Of a stretch of DNA of 64,000 nt, positions 1 to 8,455 are shown one piece after another (position 1 is the first letter of the stretch; the number at the start of each line of letters is the position of its first letter). Made by a program: the position numbers and the translations under genes. Under the pieces are notes generated by a model that saw nothing but the letters and a program-made list of their open reading frames with translations, ran no database searches and was not told the origin of the DNA. The stretch comes from an uncultured virus (IMG/VR IMGVR_UViG_3300013004_000043) (lineage: Duplodnaviria > Heunggongvirae > Uroviricota > Caudoviricetes): positions 1 through 64,000 of the IMG/VR virus record IMGVR_UViG_3300013004_000043. One strand, given 5' to 3'.

Positions 1-187
1 GGTTTCTTGCCGCCAATCTTTAGGATCCTCACTAGGTGGCTCACTTGAGTGATTACCTATCTGTGCAGAGATCACGTAGATACCACCCAAATCTCTAGAT
101 TTGATATTACGCACCCAGAAGCCGCCTGTAGTTCTGTCTTCAAATTCAAGCTTCATTTTGCACCTTGCTTTCATTTACAATTGAAAC

Positions 188-1120
188 TTATAGCCCACAA
201 TACATCAGATCTTCGCCGTCTAAAGAACCATTTGACGGCATTCCAGCCCATTGGACTCCACCTTGCCAAGCTAGCCACAGCAGTTCAACATTGCTATCGA
301 AGTACCTGTACTCGTTGCGAGCAAAGTAGGCTTTGTTCCAACCGTACCGCTTGCCGATATCAGCTTCGAACGCTTCCTGCATTGCATTGGCCGAACTATC
401 TAGGATCTTTGGAGCGTTGGACTTATCTGGAGTTTTCAACTGTGCGTTTGTCAGATCAATATGTTCTAAGTTTGTTAGATCACAGTACGTCATGAACTTT
501 CCGCAGTTGGTACGAAATTCGTACGGTCGCTTTCTCTCAGGCGAAACCGAAGCTATGTAACCTCTAACTCCGTCCCACCTATGCCCAGGTTTGATAAACC
601 TTACTTTATCGCCGACTTGAACGGCTTCCTCGACCCAGACGCCCTGGATTTCGCTCGGGAACGCTTCGTCGCGAACAGGTTTCTGCCTTTCAGCCACACA
701 AGGACTCCCAGTGGCACCGCTCGAACTATTCGGAATCTCCGGAGAGTTGGCGGTTTCAATCCGGCACTCTTCCCAATACCCGCTATCCTCTCCGTCGAGT
801 ATCAAAAACCTGTATTCTCCTACGGCTACCTCGCTAAGCAGCCCTGTTCTCCAGTCCGATTCTTCCGATTCCCTGTATTCGCACTCGATCGGCCCGTTAC
901 TCAAATCAGCCTGTACTGGCTCGCGATATTGCCTCGGGACTGATCCCGGCTCAGTCGTTGCGAATTCTTTAAGAAGTGGCGGCTCAACGGGTCGGCATTG
1001 CCCCCTTCCAGCCCAAAACCAGTTGTCGTTGCCGCTCGGCGTGACCTTTATCAGGCTGTCGCATGGCTCAATCACTTTGCACTTGACCCAAACGTCATCG
1101 CCTACTTCAAAATTTTGCAT
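188..1120 (-). CDS. Modular phage hypothetical protein (module-shuffled family)
   Basis: 310-aa ORF; shares the YREP..ADL.NGPIECE..W..CRIE, GD.VRF..P.H and KRYGW..W.AWQ.G modules with ORFs at 14533, 21916 and 24397. Confidence 0.7.
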   Translation of the reverse strand: MQNFEVGDDVWVKCKVIEPCDSLIKVTPSGNDNWFWAGRGQCRPVEPPLLKEFATTEPGSVPRQYREPVQADLSNGPIECEYRESEESDWRTGLLSEVAVGEYRFLILDGEDSGYWEECRIETANSPEIPNSSSGATGSPCVAERQKPVRDEAFPSEIQGVWVEEAVQVGDKVRFIKPGHRWDGVRGYIASVSPERKRPYEFRTNCGKFMTYCDLTNLEHIDLTNAQLKTPDKSNAPKILDSSANAMQEAFEADIGKRYGWNKAYFARNEYRYFDSNVELLWLAWQGGVQWAGMPSNGSLDGEDLMYCGL

Positions 1121-1226
1121 TGCGCTATCCTTTAACTAATAGACAAAAGACTAAAAACGTAATTAAGCGTCAGTTCAAACGCTCAAAAACATGCCACACG
1201 CCCGGATTGATAACTACTGTTCCGAG

Positions 1227-1298
1227 AGGACCGAGATGGAATCGAACCATCGCCCAACACTTTAGAGGGGTGCTGCTCTACCACTGAGCTATCGGTCC
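1227..1298 (-). tRNA. Atypical tRNA (UCU/Arg by canonical numbering; loop also contains CUCUAAA)
   Basis: Minus strand GGACCGA-TA-GCTC AGTGGTA GAGC-A-GCACC CCTCTAA AGTGT-TGGGC-GATGG TTCGATT CCATC-TCGGTCC-T; full cloverleaf, but C33 and a C31.A39 mismatch; no encoded CCA. Confidence 0.75.
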
Positions 1299-1398
1299 TT
1301 GGGCGGGCTATCTGGAGTGATCGCGAAAGCTACTCCCCATTCTTACTGGTGCTACCCCGCTGGCTCACCAGATCAGTCAGGAGCTACCTGACAACTTG

Positions 1399-1752
1399 CT
1401 AAAGGTTAACACCAAAACGCTCTTTGTGGTAGAGGCTACGAGCAGTTTTTGAATCTTTTCCGTAGACTTCCGCATCAAGCAAAAACGATAGGCCTGAGAT
1501 CTCACCACCTGTCAACCACTCAAAGGCAACGTCACCGTTGTTTGTAATCAAAACTCTCGCCGGTGCATCGTGTTCTTGCCTCCAAGTGTCAATACGCTTT
1601 CGAACAAAATCAAGCAGCTCTTTAATTGGTGCCGGGCTACCTTCGCCATCCCAATTGTCTTCAAGGTTGTAAAACTTGAGTAGCTGCATGCAAATTGCAT
1701 CCCAAGCCTGTTCGCGTTGTATTTCGTTTTCAGTTTGTTCCTGTTTGTTCAT
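1399..1752 (-). CDS. Phage hypothetical protein
   Basis: 117-aa ORF in a coupled minus-strand run; LEDNWDGEGSPAP motif common in phage hypotheticals. Confidence 0.6.
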   Translation of the reverse strand: MNKQEQTENEIQREQAWDAICMQLLKFYNLEDNWDGEGSPAPIKELLDFVRKRIDTWRQEHDAPARVLITNNGDVAFEWLTGGEISGLSFLLDAEVYGKDSKTARSLYHKERFGVNL

Positions 1753-1969
1753 TTTGTTCTTTCATAGTTCTTATTTTATCTTTCAAGTCCTGTGCCCACC
1801 GAATGCAGGCTACTGCAATTTCACAAGCTGTGTTCAGCTTATCAACGCTTGATCCGTTTTCAATTTGACTTCGTAGCCTGGTTACATCGTCGTCTTGCCC
1901 AATCTTTCCATCGAGTGCAACGCTTACAGCATCCAGTATACGGTGATCCCAGTCAGTTGCTACCGTCAT
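1730..1969 (-). CDS. Hypothetical protein
   Basis: 79-aa ORF abutting the epimerase stop codon. Confidence 0.55.
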   Translation of the reverse strand: MTVATDWDHRILDAVSVALDGKIGQDDDVTRLRSQIENGSSVDKLNTACEIAVACIRWAQDLKDKIRTMKEQNEQTGTN

Positions 1970-2869
1970 TTAGGTTTCTCTTTCTGTGTTTACCTGATCG
2001 CAGAAGTCAGCTACATACTTTTCAAGAGAGACGGTTGGCCACCAACCCAACTTAACTGTAGCCGAATGGTCGGTACAAAGTGTAGTGCGGGCCTCTCCTA
2101 ACCTGGAAGAAATGTATTCGATTTTTGAACCTTCAAACATTTTAGCCAGCTCATTAATCGAGTAGTTTGTGCCTACGCCTACGTTGTAAATACAGGCACC
2201 CGGTTCTTGTACTTGAGATATCTTGTCGAGAGCCCATGCGACATCGCCCACATGAATAAAGTCTCGACGTTGCTCTCCGTCGCCCGTGATAGTCAACGGC
2301 AAATTGGCTTTGTATAGCCTTTCAAAAATACCAACAACGGTTGCGTCTGACCCGGCAGTAACATGCCCAGGCCCGTAAACGTTAAAGAAACGAGCAATGG
2401 CCGTCTGCACGCCGTGACAATGCGTATACATCTGACACATTTCTTCGCCTAAGTGTTTTGAGAATGCATACGGGTTTGCCATGGCCCCACCGTAGTAAGA
2501 CGAAGACCCGGCATACACAAGCCGGTTGTTGTGGTTTTTACAGAAGATCTCGAGAACATTGGCTGTACCAGTTATGTTGTCTTTGTAGCTTTTCAAAGGG
2601 TCGTCAAAGCTAGGATTAACCCTGGATTGTGCTGCCAGATGAAAAACAATTGAGTCAGTTGGAAAATTAGCTTGGCTGGATATAGCTTTTAAATTAGCGA
2701 CGTCTGAAATATCGCAGCGTGCAAATCTCAAGTTTTCCGTCACGCGGTGTTTGTACATATCTTTGTCAACGACCAGTACTTCATAACCTTCGTTGAGTAA
2801 CCGCGAAGTAAGGTGCCCTCCGATAAACCCAGAACCACCAGTTACCACTACCGTCTGTTTATTACTCAC
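1970..2869 (-). CDS. NAD-dependent nucleotide-sugar epimerase/dehydratase (extended SDR)
   Basis: VVVTGGSGFIG Rossmann motif, HLAA, YAFSK (YxxxK), RFFNVYGP, GDGEQRRDFIHVGD. Confidence 0.92.
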   Translation of the reverse strand: MSNKQTVVVTGGSGFIGGHLTSRLLNEGYEVLVVDKDMYKHRVTENLRFARCDISDVANLKAISSQANFPTDSIVFHLAAQSRVNPSFDDPLKSYKDNITGTANVLEIFCKNHNNRLVYAGSSSYYGGAMANPYAFSKHLGEEMCQMYTHCHGVQTAIARFFNVYGPGHVTAGSDATVVGIFERLYKANLPLTITGDGEQRRDFIHVGDVAWALDKISQVQEPGACIYNVGVGTNYSINELAKMFEGSKIEYISSRLGEARTTLCTDHSATVKLGWWPTVSLEKYVADFCDQVNTERET

Positions 2870-3026
2870 TTTTAAGCTCCTTAAAAGGTTCTAAAGCCGC
2901 TTTGACATCAAGTTGGTTTACATTTAGCTTGGTTTCTAAATGTCTGTACACAGCGTACCTAAGCACAATCAACGAAGCGATAAAAACCAAAAAACGTAAA
3001 CATTCTAGCAGTAGCTTACTTTTCAT
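2862..3026 (-). CDS. Small membrane protein (not in the ORF track)
   Basis: 54-aa ORF MKSKLLLECLRFLVFIASLIVLRY... fills the gap, overlaps both neighbours, one hydrophobic helix. Confidence 0.45.
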   Translation of the reverse strand: MKSKLLLECLRFLVFIASLIVLRYAVYRHLETKLNVNQLDVKAALEPFKELKSE

Positions 3027-3340
3027 CGCTGAAAGCCTTTCCCTTAACGATTTCGTCGATAGCTCCCTGGATATCCAAGATAAGCCGTTTTGCTCCGGCT
3101 AGCGTAATGAAAATGTCTTCGTAGTTATCCGGATTTTCCGGATGGTCTGGATCTACAATTTCAGCTTTAGACCAACTTAAGCCGATGGCTTTGATCGTTT
3201 TTTCTTCGCCTGGTTTACGTAGCAGGCACATACCGACATTAATTCCGCCTAAAACGTCTGCCACATCAACACCTTTCGTAAAAACAAAGATTTTCCTGTT
3301 TTAGAAAACTTTTTAAATTGAGAAAACTATTAATGAAGAA

Positions 3341-3658
3341 TCAAACCACTTCGATCTCTGGGTGGGTTTCCAAGATGATGCAAGGAACGTGAATTTCTGC
3401 GTTATTCTCGACGTCAACTGCCTTAAGGTGGTAAGTATCTTCTTGTTTTGTTCCGCCAAGATAAACACCCTCCACCGCCCAAACTCTAAACCCTCCCGCC
3501 GTCGCGTAGTGTGGCATCCGCAACACATCGCCAGTCTTAAACGATCTGTCGGGTCGCTTATACAAACCAAGGTCGCACAATAAGCCTCCGACACTAGTAC
3601 ACTTTCCATCTTCGAGCTCTGCCATTTTCAACAACCAATCTTTACTTGGACCATTCAT
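3341..3658 (-). CDS. Hypothetical protein (start probably at MNGPSK)
   Basis: GGAGG-type RBS upstream of 3658; the longer 5' extension to 3808 overlaps a tRNA-like element. Confidence 0.55.
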   Translation of the reverse strand: MNGPSKDWLLKMAELEDGKCTSVGGLLCDLGLYKRPDRSFKTGDVLRMPHYATAGGFRVWAVEGVYLGGTKQEDTYHLKAVDVENNAEIHVPCIILETHPEIEVV

Positions 3659-3702
3659 CTTTTCGCCTCCAAAAATACGCCTTGCCGAAATGGCGTGGCA
3701 AA

Positions 3703-3770
3703 AGGACTGCGACGGAATCGAGCCGTCTTTACTCGCTGCGAGTGTCAACGCAACACACACTAGCAAGTCT
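3703..3770 (-). ncRNA. tRNA-like element with aberrant anticodon arm
   Basis: Acceptor AGACTTGC/GCAGTCC, T-arm GACGG CTCGATT CCGTC, central stem ACTCG CAG CGAGT with a 3-nt loop. Confidence 0.5.
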
Positions 3771-3913
3771 TTTAGCGTCGTTGTGCTGTCACCGTTGCAA
3801 CGGATCAAGCACGCTAGCCAACCTGGCTACAGTCCAAAAGATCGGGCAGGGTTTTAATTTGCTTGGCCGCAGATCACGCTCGGCCCGAAGTGGGTTGGCA
3901 CTGCGTCTGCTGT

Positions 3914-4273
3914 TTACCGAACGTGTTCAACAGGTTCATCAGGCATTGACGGATTCCATGTCCGCTTCTTGTTCTTGACCATTTTCGCTTGTGCCGCTTC
4001 CACCAACTGCGTTGGCTTTACGCCAGCCCGTCGCGATGCGTCCAGCAACAAAAGGAAACAATCGGCCAACTCTTCACAAAGATCAGGCGTTCCGACGGCC
4101 TCCTGGCATTCGCGTGCTTCCTTCTCCAGATGCTTTAATGCACCCAAAGGACCTCGTTCTAAATCGCTACCAAATGTGTCCTGCGACCATTTGGCTTGAT
4201 CTTCCACCAAGTCGCTGAACTTGTCTGCAAAATCAATCATCGAATAAAAAAAACCAGATGTTGACATACTCAA
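3914..4273 (-). CDS. DUF550 / dATP-dGTP pyrophosphohydrolase-like (MazG-like) protein
   Basis: WSQDTFG..RGPLGALKHLEKEARE..EELADCFLLLLDASRRAG..KMVKNKKRTW pattern. Confidence 0.8.
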   Translation of the reverse strand: MSMSTSGFFYSMIDFADKFSDLVEDQAKWSQDTFGSDLERGPLGALKHLEKEARECQEAVGTPDLCEELADCFLLLLDASRRAGVKPTQLVEAAQAKMVKNKKRTWNPSMPDEPVEHVR

Positions 4274-4326
4274 CCTTTGTTACGTGTAGTACGCTCGATT
4301 ACGCCTCCCCGAATTGGTTCAGCAAA

Positions 4327-4395
4327 AGGATCGCCACGATTCGAACGTGACTTGCTCGGTCAAGAGCCGTGCGAGTCCACCACACTGCCGATCCT
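4327..4395 (-). ncRNA. tRNA-like element (possible CUU anticodon, degenerate D arm)
   Basis: Acceptor AGGATCG/CGATCCT; T-arm TCACG TTCGAAT CGTGG; arm GCACGG CTCTTGA CCGAGC. Confidence 0.6.
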
Positions 4396-4480
4396 AGTTC
4401 TGCCTACCCTTGCGATTCGCTTGCCTTGCGTATCACCTTGCGGGTGCTGCTCTACCATTAAGCTAACGGTCCAAAAACCA

Positions 4481-4639
4481 CTAACGCTTACCAATCACCA
4501 ATTGCAATTCAAGCTCGGCTAGGAAGCACAGGCTTCGCTCGATTTCTTTTCGCAAGTTTGGGTCCATCTTTTGAGCATCTCGACTGAACAGCAATTGCTG
4601 ACGACCGACGATTTCATTCCTTACCTTTTCTAGCGACAT
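4481..4639 (-). CDS. Small hypothetical protein (MSLEKVRNEI...)
   Basis: AGAGG RBS before the ATG at 4639; the upstream part of the listed ORF overlaps RNA elements. Confidence 0.45.
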   Translation of the reverse strand: MSLEKVRNEIVGRQQLLFSRDAQKMDPNLRKEIERSLCFLAELELQLVIGKR

Positions 4640-4684
4640 AACAAAACCTCTAAAAAAACGCCGCCCCGAAATGGATTGGCAAAA

Positions 4685-4756
4685 AGAGCGGGCAGGATTG
4701 GCTACCTGCAAATACTTGACATGGGAAGCATTATGCTCCGACCACGCCGCCGCTCT
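4685..4756 (-). ncRNA. tRNA-like element with non-canonical T loop
   Basis: Acceptor AGAGCGG/CCGCTCT; T-arm GCAGG TAGCCAAT CCTGC; 72 nt. Confidence 0.5.
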
Positions 4757-4836
4757 TGACTGGTAAGGTGTGTCCAGCTTGCGGAATTTCACCGCAACCT
4801 CTATCCGTTTGCTTTCGCAGGCGTTTGCATCCCTAA

Positions 4837-5008
4837 GGGTAGGACTGGAATCGAACCAGCTTTGACCTCGCCAGTCGTTTGCGAGTTGTACTGTCACTAT
4901 GACCGCTTGCGATGCCTCGCATTAAGTCGCCTCAGCTATCGGATTCGACCAAACCGACATACGCTTCAAAGGCTAAAATAGGCATGAATCCAAACATGCT
5001 TCCTACCC
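4837..5008 (-). ncRNA. 172-nt tRNA-like RNA with a large structured insert replacing the anticodon arm
   Basis: Acceptor GGGTAGG/CCTACCC, D-like arm GCATG TTTGGATT CATGC, canonical T-arm GCTGG TTCGATT CCAGT. Confidence 0.55.
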
Positions 5009-5011
5009 AAA

Positions 5012-5120
5012 GAGCAGGGTGTATACTGTGCCTCTCGCACTATGATGCTACCAAAGGACCGTTGCCGATCTCAACCAGCCACCCATCCCGCTTTCCGGTC
5101 TAGGCCACACTCTCCTGCTC
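5012..5120 (-). ncRNA. Structured small RNA candidate between two tRNA-like elements
   Basis: Ends pair (GAGCAGG/CCTGCTC); internal stems GACCG/CGGTC and GTGC GAGAG GCAC; 3-nt spacers to both neighbours. Confidence 0.4.
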
Positions 5121-5123
5121 AAA

Positions 5124-5194
5124 AGGATCGGGCAGGGCTTGAACCTGCATTTCGACGCACCAAAGGCGCGAGACTTACTTAGTCGACCGATCCT
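5124..5194 (-). ncRNA. tRNA-like element
   Basis: Acceptor AGGATCGG/CCGATCCT; D arm GACT AAGTA AGTC; T-arm GCAGG TTCAAGC CCTGC; anticodon arm CGCGCC TTT GGTGCG. Confidence 0.6.
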
Positions 5195-5331
5195 CGCCGT
5201 CTCTCCGGCTGTCTCGTTGTTTAGGCTTCGTGATTTTCAGTTAACTCGGAGTTCATCACCCGAGAACGATCCGTACTCCACGGCCACTCACTGGTAGTCA
5301 CAACGTTTTCACCCGCTATGTAAATCAAAAT

Positions 5332-5395
5332 GACCGTGCGGGGTTCACACCCGCTACTCAAACGTGAAAAGGGTAATACTTGGTGGTATACGGTC
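5332..5395 (-). ncRNA. Degenerate tRNA-like element
   Basis: Acceptor GACCGT/ACGGTC; T-arm GCGGG TGTGAAC CCCGC; D-like ATAC CACCAA GTAT. Confidence 0.45.
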
Positions 5396-5420
5396 CTCGC
5401 AACTTAGGCAGTTGCCGCCG

Positions 5421-5506
5421 AAGGTTGAACAGGATTTGTACCTGCGAATCTGCGTTTGTCACGTTGTCTAATGCTAGCCTGTAGCTAGCTTCCGACTTTC
5501 AACCTT
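5421..5506 (-). ncRNA. Degenerate tRNA-like element
   Basis: Acceptor AAGGTTGA/TCAACCTT; T-arm GCAGG TACAAAT CCTGT; internal stem GCTAGC TACAG GCTAGC. Confidence 0.5.
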
Positions 5507-5513
5507 GTTTCGA

Positions 5514-5918
5514 CTAGCGATAGATAACTGTCGCATACCAACCATTTATACCTCGAGCAACGCCGATGTCAATAGCCTGCCGCTGCCCCCAGTAGCAACA
5601 CTTTGAAACAGCGTGGTTAGCTGACACGGTGGAAAAGCCGACGCCTTCGTAACTACCAGCTCCCATGCTACCACCAACATGACGGCAACGACCTTCAGAG
5701 GCCTGTCGCTGTGCCTTACGCTGCGCAATGCTTTCGGCCACCACAGTTTGTTGCCGGTGAACTGTCTCCTGTAACACAGGAACACCGTTGACCGCAACAA
5801 GCCTTTCGCCGGGAGCAAGCCTAAACTCGCTGGAAACAACCGGTCTATCCGAAGGACTGGACTGTGCAAAAGCATTCGAACAACAAACCAAAGCACAGAG
5901 CAAAAACAACTTACGCAT
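5514..5918 (-). CDS. Secreted protein resembling a Planctomycete CAP-like family
   Basis: Signal peptide ending AFA; HVGG..EGVGFS..CCYWGQR..GVARG.NGWYA motif recalled from Pirellulaceae proteins. Confidence 0.65.
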   Translation of the reverse strand: MRKLFLLCALVCCSNAFAQSSPSDRPVVSSEFRLAPGERLVAVNGVPVLQETVHRQQTVVAESIAQRKAQRQASEGRCRHVGGSMGAGSYEGVGFSTVSANHAVSKCCYWGQRQAIDIGVARGINGWYATVIYR

Positions 5919-5999
5919 AACTACTCCTACTCGCTATGCTTTCGTCCGTGAAAGCTATTTGAAATTGCCTAGCTACACTGCTAAGCTGCCGATCTTCCG

Positions 6000-7199
6000 T
6001 CACTTGACTGGAAGGCGAGTTACTTTACGCTTAGGCTTGTAGCCTGTCAACTTAGCAGCTGAAATTTTTTCAAGCGAAGTTACTTTTAGTTTGGCAATTG
6101 CCGCTTCGACTTCGTTTATTCTTTGGCGTAAATTCGAATTTTCCAACATTAACGCAGCTTCGTTAGACGTCTTTAAAACAATCTCCTTTTCACGTTCGAT
6201 GCTACTCTTGTTACAATAGCTATCAGATTTTCCAAGAAAAAAACAGTGAACATCCTGTCTGTCTAAGCGAATACCTAGCGTGCACCAACGGGTAATACAC
6301 GTGAAAATGTTCAAAAACTGGTCTAACTCAAGCATCATACAGCGTTCCGATTGCGAAGTCCTCGTATACGGTTGTATCTTAAACCTAACTTCATATGACT
6401 CGCCTAGAAAATTTAAATTTTGTGGTTCGCCTGTTAAATAAATGCCACTGTCGTACATTAATGAATAAACGCTTTCAAACAACGCAAAATTGCACTTTTG
6501 GTTTCTCAAAGCCAAAAGACTGCTAATGTTGGTTTTTGCACGCGACAAACCACCAAGTAGATAACCATAATTTTGCGTTTCTTTACCTGGAGAGAAAAAC
6601 TTAAAAACTCCATTTCTATCATCGACAAATCCAATAACGCTTAATCCTTCCTTTATAGCTGCATACGAATCTTCGTTTCTTCTTCTGTACATGTCATCCA
6701 ACACCACTTCCAACTTTACACCTTTAAACATTTTACTGAAATGCCTTTCATTGTCGAAGTCTTGGGAATATTCCGCGTTAAAACGAGTTAAACGTGTTTG
6801 ATCTAAAAATAAGCCACTTGCATGCAACTTGAATTTAGATTCCTCGAAGTCTCGAATGACTTTAATAGCGTCCGCAATCGTTTTACGTTTAATGCCTCCA
6901 GCCGTAGTAGTCTGCGAAGTAGCCGCAGTCGTACATTCGCTCCAGTCTATCGTATAATTCATACTGTCTTCCGGAAAATTTGTAAGGTTGTTGCTGACGT
7001 TCTTAATTCTACCCGGTATTCTAACCGGTTTAACGGTTTTACAAGCCTCAGACACCAACTCCATGATAGAATTTGCAGCCCGAGCCACGGGAGACCCTTG
7101 AGAACCCTGGTCAGAAATCAGCTCAGGCACATCTATCGGCCATAAAACATGACGTTCAATTTCGTGAAACGTCAAATAAGATGCAATCTTTTTAAGCAT
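6000..7199 (-). CDS. Hypothetical protein with C-terminal coiled coil (start probably MLKKIASY)
   Basis: Long ORF; GAAAGG RBS before the ATG at 7199; promoter just upstream. Confidence 0.65.
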   Translation of the reverse strand: MLKKIASYLTFHEIERHVLWPIDVPELISDQGSQGSPVARAANSIMELVSEACKTVKPVRIPGRIKNVSNNLTNFPEDSMNYTIDWSECTTAATSQTTTAGGIKRKTIADAIKVIRDFEESKFKLHASGLFLDQTRLTRFNAEYSQDFDNERHFSKMFKGVKLEVVLDDMYRRRNEDSYAAIKEGLSVIGFVDDRNGVFKFFSPGKETQNYGYLLGGLSRAKTNISSLLALRNQKCNFALFESVYSLMYDSGIYLTGEPQNLNFLGESYEVRFKIQPYTRTSQSERCMMLELDQFLNIFTCITRWCTLGIRLDRQDVHCFFLGKSDSYCNKSSIEREKEIVLKTSNEAALMLENSNLRQRINEVEAAIAKLKVTSLEKISAAKLTGYKPKRKVTRLPVK

Positions 7200-7236
7200 A
7201 GCTTTCCTTTCTAAAACGACAAACAAGCCAGCTGGA

Positions 7237-7264
7237 AAGATAACGAAAAACTGGCAAGTGTCAA
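7237..7264 (-). promoter_or_regulatory. Sigma70-like promoter
   Basis: TTGACA-N16-TATCTT on the minus strand, just downstream of a terminator. Confidence 0.55.
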
Positions 7265-7266
7265 GT

Positions 7267-7296
7267 AAAAAAATACCCGGCACGCGCCGGGTATTA
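7267..7296 (-). terminator. Intrinsic terminator
   Basis: AATACCCGG CGCGTG CCGGGTATT followed by a T run on the minus strand. Confidence 0.75.
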
Positions 7297-7318
7297 AGTA
7301 AGCTAAAAGCGTAATTAG

Positions 7319-8455
7319 CTACAGCTGAAAATCGTCAGGTTGTTGAGAAAACAAACCTGCAAGATTTTGTATTCCACCACCTAATCCGCCTCGCATTTTT
7401 GCAAACAAATCGTACAAATTGCTAGGTTTAGCCGTTTGTTGCCCTGCTTGACGACCTAACAAACCAAACAAAGCTCTAGGATCAAGCCCAGATAGATTTG
7501 GTGGAATCATATTTGAAACGGATTTAGGTGCAACGCTTTGACTTTGATCAAGCATTTGGCTGTACGGTGACTGCATTGCAGTCGAAACATCTGGGACGGT
7601 TTGAGAATCCATTAACTGTGCAGGTCGCTGCGGCACAGCGGACGGCATTAGCAGGCTTTCTGGAGCTTGTGCTTCAGGTAAAGGCGTAGAAACAGGAGGG
7701 GTTTGTGCAGGCTCTGGAATAGGCACAGGAGCTAACTCAGTCGCTACGGCAGGTGTGGGCGACTTATTCATTGCGGCTTGTCGTTGTTTAAGTGTTCTAG
7801 GCCCTAAACTAACAGTAGGATTACCTCGGTCTCTAAACGCTTGAAATTTAGCTTTAGCTGCTGCGTCATACTCTCGTTCAGCGGCTGTCGGCCCTACAGG
7901 TCTACCTACTGGCATAGTACCACCAGGAACAATATCCGCTATCACAGGATTACCGCTAGGTCCCGTACCGTAGTTTATTTGATTAGACATACCAGGTCGC
8001 ATCTGCGGCTTAGGGGCAAGCCTCGCAGGATCCGGTGATCGCATCGCGGCGTAATTCGGATTTTGTGTATTAAATAAATTGGTTCCTGGGCTTTTAGCTA
8101 CGTTTTTTAAGTCATAAGCTGTATCACTAACAGAACTAGGTGCTTTTAAAGCAGCAGGAGCTTTCGGAGCGGCAGGAGCTCCAGGTAGTTTAGGTGACGA
8201 AGCAGCACTAAACGAAACTTTGGTCATAGAAGGTCGCAGAAGTTGTTCACGGCCTTTTGCACCTGGAACTGGCGACATATGCTGTGTCGTGCTACCTCTA
8301 GGTGCAAACTTGTATGCGTTTTGCAACTTATCTGCTGCTAGTTTGACAAGAAAAGCTCGTATTTGCTTTCGGCTGTTTGCCTTCTTACAAAGAGCTTTTA
8401 CAACGCAGGAACTAACAGCAGATTTGATTATTTGAGGTAGCATTTCAATCTCCAC
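7319..8455 (-). CDS. Pro/Ala-rich low-complexity protein, putative virion-internal
   Basis: 378 aa, Pro/Ala/Gln-rich, N-terminal K-x-A motifs (KKAN, KLAA, KFAP). Confidence 0.6.
   Translation of the reverse strand: MEIEMLPQIIKSAVSSCVVKALCKKANSRKQIRAFLVKLAADKLQNAYKFAPRGSTTQHMSPVPGAKGREQLLRPSMTKVSFSAASSPKLPGAPAAPKAPAALKAPSSVSDTAYDLKNVAKSPGTNLFNTQNPNYAAMRSPDPARLAPKPQMRPGMSNQINYGTGPSGNPVIADIVPGGTMPVGRPVGPTAAEREYDAAAKAKFQAFRDRGNPTVSLGPRTLKQRQAAMNKSPTPAVATELAPVPIPEPAQTPPVSTPLPEAQAPESLLMPSAVPQRPAQLMDSQTVPDVSTAMQSPYSQMLDQSQSVAPKSVSNMIPPNLSGLDPRALFGLLGRQAGQQTAKPSNLYDLFAKMRGGLGGGIQNLAGLFSQQPDDFQL

Noticed and set aside
3838..3922. Additional tRNA-like element similar to 5124-5194
   Set aside because: The T-stem is broken (GCAAA/CCTGC) and the 5' strand overlaps the DUF550 stop codon; too weak to call
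4640..4897. N-terminal 86 aa of ORF 4481..4897
   Set aside because: Overlaps two tRNA-like elements; the RBS supports a start at 4639
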